This document shows positions 12,001-16,900 of a stretch of 32,000 nt of DNA, in pieces (positions within the stretch are counted from its first letter, which is position 1; every line of letters starts with the position of its first letter). Both the position numbers and the translations under genes were made by a program. The notes beneath the pieces are model-generated. The model was not told the DNA's origin and searched no databases. It was given only the letters and a program-made list of their open reading frames with translations. Source of the stretch: Nostoc punctiforme PCC 73102 (GTDB lineage Bacteria; Cyanobacteriota; Cyanobacteriia; Cyanobacteriales; Nostocaceae); NCBI RefSeq assembly GCF_000020025.1, contig NC_010628.1:3750001-3782000 (forward strand). Reading direction: 5' to 3'.

Positions 12001-13891
12001 AGGTGTAAATGATGTAAGCGAGGTTGTCTGGTGTGGTAAGTCTTGGAGGGTTGTTTGCACTTGATTGAGCGATGAAGTCCCAATCGCTATCGATGCACAA
12101 AATTTGCGCTTGATTTTCGGGAAGATTTGGCAGTAGTTGCTGTTGGGTTATTAATACTTTGACTTGGGAATCTGCTAGGGTAAAGCTGAGTCGTTCTTGG
12201 GGGTAATTGGGGTCAAGCGGTACGTAAGCTCCTCCGGCTTTGAGAATTCCTAAGATGCCGATAAGCATTTCTATGGAACGTTCGACACAAATACCGACTA
12301 AGATATCTGCACTTACACCCAAACTTCGCAAGTGGTGGGCTAGTTGATTGGCTTTTGTGTTTAATTCTTGGTAAGTAAGTTGCTCGTTTTCATATACAAT
12401 TGCGATCGCATCTGGGCTACGCTCTACTTGTAATTCAAATAATTCATGGATACACTGTTCTTGAAAATAGCTGGTTTGTGTGTTGTTCCACTCTAAAAGT
12501 ATTTGATTTTGTTCAGTTTTTGTCAGCAGAGATAGTTGGCTTGGGTACTGATTTGCGTTAGCTGCGATGCTTTCGAGTAGTGTTTGGAAGTGTCCCAGCA
12601 TCCGGGCGATTGTAGGGGCTTCAAAGCGGTTAGTGTCATAACTGATACTGATGGATAACTCCGAACCGGGAACAGCCAATATTGTTAAAGGATAATTTGA
12701 TTGTTCTATACAGCGAATATCAGAAATATCCAAGTTAGCAATCTTTTCTTGCACAGAAGCATCAACTGGATAATTTTCAAATATCACAATGCTCTCAAAT
12801 AGAGGCATTCCCCCTGGTATTTCGCTCCAACCTTGAATTTCTACTAGTGGAGTATAAGAGTATTGCTCAGATTCTACTTGTTGTGCTTGTAATTCTTTGA
12901 GCCAAGGTAATACTTCCACGTCTTCGGGAATAGTTATTCGCACTGGCAAGGTGTTGATAAATAATCCTACCATTGATTCTACCCCCAGTAGCTCTGGTGG
13001 ACGACCAGAAACAGTCGCTCCAAAGACGATATCTGTTTGCCCACTGTAACGGGAGAGCAATAGCGCCCATGCTCCTTGGATGAGGTTGTTGAGCGTTAGT
13101 TTATGTTGCTTGGCGAATGTCTGGATGTTTGTGGTTGCTGGCTGAGTAATCTTGATTTGCTGTGTGGTATATTTTGACTGCTGCGTAGGCGTAGTGTGTC
13201 GTAGACATCGCTTGCTTAATGGAATTTCTACTGTTAAAGCTGTTGGGACTGTAAAATTTTGGAATTTTTCTCGCCAGTATAATTCTGCTTGGGAAACATC
13301 CTGCTTTTTTAGCCAAGTAATATAATCTTCGTAAGGACGAGGTGTTTTTAAATATAAATTATCGCCTTTATTGAAAGCATCATAGAAAGCAAATACTTCT
13401 TGGACTATGGTTGGTAAAGACCAACCATCTATTAACAGATGATGATGGCTCCAAATAAATGTATATGTATCATCTGCTATTTGAATCAAAGTGCAACGCA
13501 TCAGGGGAACTTGTTTAAGTTCAAAGCCTTTGTCTCTGTCTGCTTGCACAAAAGCTTCTAGTGCATCTTGTTGTTCGCTAGGAGATAGCGATGTCCAATC
13601 ATAATGAAACCAAGGTATATTAACTAATTTACAAACTACTTGGAAAGATTGCTTAGGGTTTTCCCAAACAAAAGCAGTACGCAAAACCGGATGGCGTTCT
13701 AATACTCGTTGCCAAGCTTGTTCAAATGCTGCAATATTGAGATTTCCCCGGAGGGTACAAATTAACTGCTGGAAATAAACCCCTGTTTCAGGGGCATAAA
13801 GAGTATGGAATAGCATACCCTGTTGCATGGGCGAAAGAGGGTATATGGATTCAATATTCTTACCTTTGCTTTTTTTATCAACAGTTACCAT
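44..13891 (-). CDS. Trimodular NRPS, (C-A-PCP-E) x3, 4615 aa; predicted D-Thr, D-Leu, D-Ala modules
   Basis: Uninterrupted 13.8 kb ORF starting 60 nt after the stop of the upstream synthase. The set YPLSPMQQGMLFH / HHxxxDGWS (C), YTSGSTG.PKG / LYKTGD / NGK (A), GGDSILSLQ (PCP) and HHLAVDGVSWRIL / EGHGRE (E) occurs three times with a period of about 4.6 kb. Confidence 0.95.
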   Translation of the reverse strand: MVTVDKKSKGKNIESIYPLSPMQQGMLFHTLYAPETGVYFQQLICTLRGNLNIAAFEQAWQRVLERHPVLRTAFVWENPKQSFQVVCKLVNIPWFHYDWTSLSPSEQQDALEAFVQADRDKGFELKQVPLMRCTLIQIADDTYTFIWSHHHLLIDGWSLPTIVQEVFAFYDAFNKGDNLYLKTPRPYEDYITWLKKQDVSQAELYWREKFQNFTVPTALTVEIPLSKRCLRHTTPTQQSKYTTQQIKITQPATTNIQTFAKQHKLTLNNLIQGAWALLLSRYSGQTDIVFGATVSGRPPELLGVESMVGLFINTLPVRITIPEDVEVLPWLKELQAQQVESEQYSYTPLVEIQGWSEIPGGMPLFESIVIFENYPVDASVQEKIANLDISDIRCIEQSNYPLTILAVPGSELSISISYDTNRFEAPTIARMLGHFQTLLESIAANANQYPSQLSLLTKTEQNQILLEWNNTQTSYFQEQCIHELFELQVERSPDAIAIVYENEQLTYQELNTKANQLAHHLRSLGVSADILVGICVERSIEMLIGILGILKAGGAYVPLDPNYPQERLSFTLADSQVKVLITQQQLLPNLPENQAQILCIDSDWDFIAQSSANNPPRLTTPDNLAYIIYTSGSTGKPKGVLINHANIVRLFTATEEWFHFNQDDIWTLFHSFAFDFSVWEIWGALIKGGRLVIVPYWISRSPADFYQLLCKQQVTVLNQTPSAFGQLIQTEELIKTSESLALRWVIFGGEALELQSLKPWFERHGDKLPQLVNMYGITETTVHVTYRPITIADLSSNAGSVIGCPIPDLQVYILDQNRQLLPMGVPGEMYVGGAGLARGYLNREELTSKVFVAHPFNDDPNARLYKTGDLARYLGNGDLEYLGRIDNQVKIRGFRIELGEIEAAISQHPDVQATVVLARVDNPGDKRLVAYLVLNQQLAISVNELRQFLGSKLPQYMIPAAFVFLDVLPLTSNGKVDRSGLKAPESGRELENRFVAPRTPIEQMLSKIWAEVLGVEQIGIHDNFFELGGDSILSLQIIARANLAGVHLSPKQLFEHQTIALLAAVAGTTRKIQAQQGLVTGLVPLTPIQHWFFEQNQPEPHHYNQSVLLSVPSDLKPELLKRVLQQLLLHHDALRLRFTPEKEGWHQVNADFESTVPLSVVDLSTMSPQEQLAALEDVGGKLQAQLNLCTGPIIRAALFDLGNQANRLLLTIHHLAVDGVSWRILLDDLQTGYQQLIRGEAMQLPLKTTSFKHWAQRLSEYAQSDALAGELTYWLNPSRQQVLPIPVDYVQGDNTALYAATVSVSLNALETQALLQEVPKAYNTQINDVLVTALALVLSNWTGSKLLLFNLEGHGREELFEDVDLSRTVGWFTTIFPVLLELGTTKDLGNVLKSVKEQLRGIPNKGIGYGLVHYLQKGAEISSRLQTYSTAQISFNYLGQFDQVVNTSAGFELDDESVGHSQSLHSRRVHLLDIGGFISEGQLQIDWTYSSNIHQQSTIENLANEFIQALQALIAHCLSPDAGGYTPSDFPLAKLTQTQLDAQLSKIKYQNLEDIYPLSPMQQGMLFHSLYASESRAYFEQLNFTVKGNLEILSFEQAWQQVIAQHSVFRTGFIWDNHHQPLQVVYRQVELALEISDWRELSAIEQEQQLEIFLESEQRRGFQLSQAPLMRLNLIQLDADIYEFIWSHHHLLLDGWSLPLVFKEVFEFYEAICQGKNLDYQPPGDYKNYIAWLQKQNLAKAKVFWQQKLQGFSAPTPLVVDKTLKKQQQSSYSKQEIYLPELATNALQGFARQHQLTLNNIVQGAWALLLSRYSGEADVVFGVTVSGRPPALIGVESMVGLFINTLPLRVEVPESGQLLPWLKDLQAQQVESEQYSYTPLVEIQGWSDVPRGMPLFESIVVFENYPIDASVQQQNAFLEISDIHGSEQTNYPLTVSAVPGSQLSVNISYDTSRFEATTITRMLGHFQTLLEGIVAKPQQHLSELCLLTANEQRQLLFEWNNTQKDYPQDRCFHELFEHQVKLTPDAVAVVFENQQFTYQQLNSRANQLAHYLQTLGVGADMLVGICVERSLEMVLGLLGILKAGGAYVPLDPNYPQERLSYMLSDSQVSVLLTQQRLFEKLPQHSAQVVCLDTDWNLISQKSEENSISGVQAGNLAYVIYTSGSTGQPKGVLVLHKGLLNLVFWHQRTFEVTASDRATQLAGTAFDASVWELWPYLSAGASIYLVKADILSSLHGLRDWLICQQITISFVPTPLAEGLLTLEWNDCALRMLLTGGDRLHHYPSALIPFQLVNNYGPTENTVVTTSGLVVANEHQDILPSIGRAIANTQVYILDQYLQPVPIGVPGELHIGGDSLALGYLNRPELTQEKFIPNPFNNSKFKIPYGNAKGVQNSKLYKTGDLACYLPDGNIEYLGRIDNQVKIRGFRIELGEVETTLSQHPSISQIAVLVREDIPGDTCTERSRSKRLVAYLVLKQDHVLTVSYLRQFLKETLPEYMIPAAFVFLEALPLTSNGKVDQRALPAPDSRQELEVSFVAPRTPIEKMLASIWTDVLRVKQVGIYDNFFELGGDSILSLQIIARANQAGLQLNPKQLFENPTIVELMAIAGTTKKIQAEQGLVTGELPLTPIQHWAFEQNLHEPHHYNQSVLLSIPFDVKPELLKGVLQQLLLHHDALRLRFVREGKSWQQFNAAFEKTVPLNIVDLSTMLSEEQKEALENAGNEFQASLNLVAGPLLQAVLFQFGNGQPSKLLMIIHHLAVDGVSWRILLEDLLNAYHQLSSGEAIQLPSKTTSFKYWAQKLSEYAQSDALKDELTYWLNPSRKQVLPIPVDYEQGTNIVADATTVTVSLTTEETQALLQEVPKAYNTQINDVLLTALVQVLGKWTGSNLLLDLEGHGREDIFTDVDLSRTVGWFTTIFPVLLELSVNEDLGNILKSIKEQLRQIPDKGIGYGILRYLQQDAEISSCLQTYPPAQISFNYLGQFDQALSKSADFQLTTESLGAVQSLNNLRSHLLDINGIIVQGQLQIDWTYSKNSHQYATIKNLAQEFIEVLRSLIAHCLSPEVGGYTPSDFPLARLTQAQLDTQLSKTTARNLEDIYPLSPMQQGMLFHSVYEPESGVYFQQLSCILKGNLEIPAFEQAWQQVINRHSIFRTGFIWENHHQPLQLVYRQVKLPLEIDDWRALSSSEQQEKLDIFLKSEQQHSFKLSLAPLMCLNLIQLDAAAYQFIWSYHHLLLDGWSLPLVLKEVFDYYEAICQGKNLRHEPSSPYRNYIAWLQKQDLGQAEIYWQQKLQGFTAPTSLMVDKSLIGQEQHSSYSEQEIYLPQTVTNALESFARRHQLTLNNLVQGAWAVLLSRYSGEADVVFGATVSGRPPTLVGVESMVGLFINTLPVRVIISENEELLPWLKDLQAQQVECEQYSYTPLVEIQNWSEIPRGMSLFESLVVFENYPVDASVQEQNGSLEVSGVRGMEQTNYPLTVLAIPGQELTVKMSYDTSRFEAATISRMLGHFQTLLEGFVTNQNQQLRELSLLTPDEQQQLLIEWNTTQTDYPQNLCIHELFAVQVKRTPDAVAIVFENQQLTYTELNHRANQLAHYLQSLGVKPDVLVGICVKRSLEMVVGLLGILKAGGAYVALDPDYPQERLGYTLRDSQLSVLLTQEQLVDKLPEHQAQVVCLDENWQELAKFPTTNLQSFVQPTNLAYVLYTSGSTGRPKGVAIEHKSPVALISWAKEVFTPQQLAGVLASTSICFDLSVFELFVPLSWGGKVILAENALHLPTLPAAEQVTLINTVPSAISELIRVNGIPAGVSTVNLAGEPLQNQLVQQIYQQETVKYVFNLYGPSEDTTYSTFALIPQGATVAPSIGRPISNTQAYILDQNLQPVPIGVPGELHLGGAGLAQGYLNRPDLTQERFINSKFKIPYGNAKVVQNSKLESERLYKTGDLARYLPDGNIEYLGRIDNQVKIRGFRIELGEIETVLNENPAVFQAVVIAREDDPGVKRLVAYLVLKQEQTPTVTELRQFLTSKLPDYMIPAAFVFLAALPMTPNGKIDRRALPIPESRSELEVSFVAATTSIEQKLALIWAEVLRSQQVGIHDNFFELGGDSILSLQIIARANQAGLQLSPKQLFEHQTIAQLAKVVGTTKKIQAQQDLVTGIVPLTPIQHWFFAQNQPQPHHYNQSVLLSVPSDLDVELLRRVLQQLLLHHDALRLRFVLDAVIWKQFNAAFEETVALSVVDLSTLSPQEQPAALENAGSEFQASLSLSTGPLMRAVLFTLGDNQPSRLLLVIHHLAVDGVSWRILLDDLQTGYQQLIRAEVIQLPPKTTSFQYWSLQLTKYAQSAALSSEINYWLAESATNITPLPVDYPPTKETNTIASSAYVSLSLSSEETDTLLQEVPAVYNTQINDVLLTALMQSFTQWTGSDSLLVDLEGHGREELFEDVDLSRTVGWFTTLFPVHLKLGDETNPGEALKLVKEQLRRLPMRGIGYGVLRYLSQDAEQLEHLPKAEVSFNYLGQFNRESSAIATWEFAQESGGTEHSLQEYRNYLLQVSGLVMNGELQINWEYSEKVHQRSTVERLARQFMEALRTLIQHCQLPNVGGFTPSDFPKAGLSQEDIDDILADIN
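107..1459 (-). other. Domain: epimerization E (ORF1 aa ~4145-4595), followed by a docking-type C-terminal tail
   Basis: LTPIQHWFFAQNQPQPHHYNQS, IHHLAVDGVSWRILL (His pair aa 4281-4282), DLEGHGREELF. The protein ends ...GLSQEDIDDILADIN. Confidence 0.85.
1481..1693 (-). other. Domain: PCP (ORF1 aa ~4067-4137), Ser4098
   Basis: FFELGGDSILSLQIIARAN; the Ser codon is at 1598-1600. Confidence 0.85.
1745..3244 (-). other. Domain: adenylation A (ORF1 aa ~3550-4049), predicted Ala (code DLFNNALTYK)
   Basis: FDLSVFE, TLINTVPSA, VNLAGEP, NLYGPSEDTTY, PNGKIDR (Lys4042 at 1766-1768). It carries the 57-bp in-frame element at 2115-2171. Confidence 0.85.
2115..2171 (-). repeat. 57-bp small dispersed repeat (27-nt core flanked by tandem AATTTTG heptamers), in frame inside the Ala A domain
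   Basis: aattttgaattttgtacgaccttggcgttcccgtagggtattttgaattttgaattg. It matches 6711-6767 at 56 of 57 positions (one a/c mismatch, 2133 vs 6729). It translates as NSKFKIPYGNAKVVQNSK between the A-domain motifs FI and LYKTGD. Confidence 0.85.
3329..4624 (-). other. Domain: condensation C (DCL-type; ORF1 aa ~3090-3521)
   Basis: LEDIYPLSPMQQGMLFHS; WSYHHLLLDGWS (His pair aa 3227-3228). Confidence 0.85.
4688..6046 (-). other. Domain: epimerization E (ORF1 aa ~2616-3068)
   Basis: LTPIQHWAFEQNLHEPHHYNQS, IHHLAVDGVSWRILL (His pair aa 2752-2753), DLEGHGREDIF. Confidence 0.85.
6068..6280 (-). other. Domain: PCP (ORF1 aa ~2538-2608), Ser2569
   Basis: FFELGGDSILSLQIIARAN; the Ser codon is at 6185-6187. 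Confidence 0.85.
6503..6526 (-). repeat. 24-nt in-frame insertion (TCTERSRS) in the PGD-KRLVAY loop of the Leu A domain
   Basis: The other four A domains read PG(D/V)KRL(V/I)AY. This one reads PGD-TCTERSRS-KRLVAY. The inserted DNA acttcgacttcgctcagtacaagt begins with a tandem acttcg x2. Confidence 0.7.
6711..6767 (-). repeat. Second copy of the 57-bp small dispersed repeat, in frame inside the Leu A domain
   Basis: aattttgaattttgtacgcccttggcgttcccgtagggtattttgaattttgaattg. It translates as NSKFKIPYGNAKGVQNSK immediately before LYKTGD. Confidence 0.85.
7946..9238 (-). other. Domain: condensation C (DCL-type; ORF1 aa ~1552-1982)
   Basis: LEDIYPLSPMQQGMLFHS; WSHHHLLLDGWS (His run aa 1688-1690). 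Confidence 0.85.
9302..10660 (-). other. Domain: epimerization E (ORF1 aa ~1078-1530)
   Basis: LTPIQHWFFEQNQPEPHHYNQS, IHHLAVDGVSWRILL (His pair aa 1213-1214), NLEGHGREELF. Confidence 0.85.
10682..10894 (-). other. Domain: PCP (ORF1 aa ~1000-1070), Ser1031
   Basis: FFELGGDSILSLQIIARAN; the Ser codon is at 10799-10801. Confidence 0.85.
10946..12454 (-). other. Domain: adenylation A (ORF1 aa ~480-982), predicted Thr (code DFWNIGMVHK)
   Basis: FDFSVWE, VLNQTPSAF, VIFGGEA, NMYGITETTVH, SNGKVDR (Lys975 at 10967-10969). Confidence 0.85.
12542..13855 (-). other. Domain: condensation C (DCL-type; ORF1 aa ~13-450)
   Basis: IYPLSPMQQGMLFH near the N-terminus; WSHHHLLIDGWS (His run aa 149-151). It follows an E domain on the upstream protein. 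Confidence 0.85.
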
Positions 13892-13902
13892 TGCTATTCC
13901 TA

Positions 13903-13907
13903 TCCTT
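13903..13907 (-). promoter_or_regulatory. Shine-Dalgarno-like AAGGA upstream of the trimodular NRPS start
   Basis: The minus-strand sense reads ...aataaaggataggaatagcaATG, with AAGGA 11 nt before the ATG (13889-13891). The 60-nt gap contains no obvious terminator hairpin, which suggests co-transcription. Confidence 0.35.
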
Positions 13908-13951
13908 TATTAATCTATTTCCAGCATCGTTTCATCAAGCTCAACTTAAAC

Positions 13952-16900
13952 TTAAGAAGGATCAAAAGCAAACATGAGATTGAGATTATCAATCTCTTCT
14001 TGACTCAAACTAACTTCAGGAAAGTCTGAAGATGTATAACCACCAACATCAGGTGATTGACAATGGTTAATCAGAGTTTTTAAGGCATTCATAAACCAAT
14101 CAGCTAAACACTCAACTGTTTTTAGTTGATGAATTTTCTGGCTGTAAGTCCAATTTATTTGCAGCTTTCCATTGATTGTTAAAACGTTGATATCTAATAA
14201 ATAATTGCGATTTTCGAGAGAATTATGCTCTACTCCTCCAGACTCTTGAGCCAATTTCCAAGTATCTGCTGCGGAGGATTTTTGACCTAGCTGTCCTAAA
14301 TAGTTGAAACTTACTTCTGCTTGAGGTAAAGCTTTCAATTGCTCTGCATAGGGACTTAAATATCGCAGGATTCCATACCCAATACCACGATTTGGTAATT
14401 GGCGTAGTTGCTCCTTCACCGACTTTAGGATATTTCCGGGATGGTTTGTCTGTTCGAGTTGCAAACGGACAGGGAATAAGCTTGTAAACCAGCCTACGGT
14501 ACGCGACAAATCCAAATCATCAAAAAGTTCTTCTCGTCCGTGTCCCTCGATATCAATTAATAGGGAAGAAGAGCCAGTCCACTGAGCAAAGCTTTGAAGT
14601 AAAGCAGTTAGCAAGACATCATTAATTTGGGTGTTATAAGCAGCAGGTACTTCTTGTAGTAAAGCGCTAGTTTCTTCTAAACTCAAAGACCTTGATACTT
14701 GAGCAGTTGCAGCAATATTATTGGCATCTTTACTTACAGGATAGTCTGTTGGCAAAGAGGTAAAGTTAAAGTTAGGCTGCATCCAGTAGTTTAACTCAGA
14801 TGTCAGTGCTAGCGATCGCGCATACTCCCTTAACCGATGCCCCCAATCTTTAAAGGAAGATGTTTTTGGCGGTAGCGCCATCATCTCGCCGCGACTTAGT
14901 TGCTGATAAGCGCTGAACAAATCCTCTAACAAAATTCGCCAAGAAACACCATCCACTATCAAATGATGTAAAATCACCAACAACCTATAAGGCTGGTTGT
15001 TACTAAACTTAAACAGTGCAACCCGCATTAGTGGCCCAGTGGATAAGTTCAAACTAGCTTGGAGTGCGCTACCACTATTTTCTAAGGCTACTGACTGCTC
15101 CTCTGCTGGAATTGTAGATAAATCAATCACATTTAAAGGTACTTTTGCCTCTAAGCCATCGTTAACTTGCTGCCAATCTCCGCCATCTGGTATAAACCGT
15201 AACCGCAGAGCATCATGGTGTAACAGTAATTTTTGCAACACTTGCTCCAATAGCTCTGACTGCACATCAGGAGGCACTAATAAGAGAATTGACTGGTTAA
15301 AGTGGTGTGGTTCAGGTAGATTCTGCTCAAAGAACCATTCCTGAATGGGCGTTAGCAGTAATGCCCCGGTAACTAAACCTTGTTCTGCCTGAATTTTCTT
15401 CGTTGTGCCTACTACTGCTGCTAACTCGGCAATAGTCTGATGTGCAAATAACTGTTTAGGAATGAGTTGCAGTCCTGCAAGATTTGCTCTGGCAATAATT
15501 TGCAGACTGAGGATGGAATCACCACCAAGGTCAAAAAAGTTATCGTGAATGCCGACTTGTTCAACTCGCAGCACATCTGCCCAGATTTTTCCTAGCGTCT
15601 CTTCAATAGATGTAGTGGGAGCAACAAAACTAACTTCTAATTCGCAGCGTAAATCAGGTGTTGGTAATGCCCGACGGTCTACTTTGCCATTGGGAGTTAT
15701 GGGAAGGGTTTCTAAGAACACAAAAGCTGAAGGCATCATGTAATTAGGCAGCTTTTGCTTAAGGAATTGCCGCAAATCGTTAACAGTGGGAGCTTCTTCT
15801 TGGTTGAGTACAAGATAAGCGACTAAGCGTTTGTCGCCAGGAACATCTTCGCGGGCAATTACTGCTACCTGTAACGCTGCTGGGTGTTGGCTCAGTATTA
15901 CCTCTATCTCTCCCAATTCAATGCGGAAGCCCCGAACTTTTACCTGATTATCAATGCGTCCTAAATACTCGATATTACCATCAGGTAAATAACGCGCTAA
16001 ATCCCCAGTTTTATATAATCTGCTCCCTTCTGCCGATGCTCGCGGGCTCGCTAACGCTGCGCTATCCTCAAACGGATTGAGAATAAATTTCTCGGTGGTT
16101 AACTCAGGGCGGTTAAGATAGCCTTGAGCTACACCAGCACCACCGATATGCAACTCACCGGGTACACCAATCGGCACAGGTTGGAGATAACTATCAAGGA
16201 TATAAGCTTGAGTATTAGGAATGGGACGACCAATAGGGGGTTTATCGGAGCGCTCGCCATTGCCACATTCTGCTACAGTTGCACAGACAGTAGTTTCCGT
16301 TGGTCCATAAGCGTTGAAGAAACGTCGCCCAACTGACCATTGCTTAATCAAGTCAGGAGCGCAAGCTTCACCCGCCACAATGATGTTCTGTAATGCCGGA
16401 AGTTCTGCTTGTGGTAGAACTGCTAACGCCGATGGTGGCAAGGTAATGTGGGTAATCCCATAGTCGCGTAATAATTCAATTAATTCCAAACCAGGTAAAA
16501 GAGACTCTTTAGTTCCTAAATACAGCCTTGCACCTGAACCCAATGCCATCACCACTTCCCAAATTGATGCGTCAAAGCTAAAAGAAGCAAATTGCAGAAT
16601 CCGACTTGAGGGCAGTAAATCAAACAAATCAATCTGGGCTTGAGCTAAGTTGCATAACCCGGAATGTTTCACCATCACACCCTTGGGTTTGCCTGTTGAG
16701 CCGGAGGTGTAAATCACATTTACTAAATCCGAGTCTTTCACCCCACTAATTGGATTTTCTTGGCTGTGTTGGATAATTTGTTCCCAACTTTCATCAATGA
16801 CTACCAGTGTGGCTTGATGCTCAGGTAATCTTGCAACTAATCGGTGTTGTGTCAGCAGCAGCGACACTTGAGAATCTGACAAGATATGAGATATTCGTTC

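Noticed and set aside
44-13891. Possibility that the YPLSPMQQGMLFH-type C domains are dual epimerisation/condensation (E/C) domains
   Set aside because: Each is preceded by a complete stand-alone E domain with HHxxxDG and EGHGRE. I also saw no second N-terminal HH motif of the dual type. DCL is the simpler reading.
13823-14029. 68-aa plus-strand ORF spanning the 60-nt gap between the two synthase genes
   Set aside because: Most of it overlaps the 5' end of ORF1 and the 3' end of ORF2 in antisense. The translation is AT-rich nonsense (FFINSYHCYSYPLLIYFQ).
1197-15344. Plus-strand ORFs of 60-115 aa antisense to the synthases (for example 1197-1385, 5739-5966, 10284-10580, 14997-15344), which share motifs such as KASWCRSNCCKT
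   Set aside because: They lie opposite the conserved E-domain segment LQQLLLHHDALRLRF. Their apparent conservation is a mirror image of sense-strand conservation repeated in each module. They show no independent start, RBS or domain evidence.
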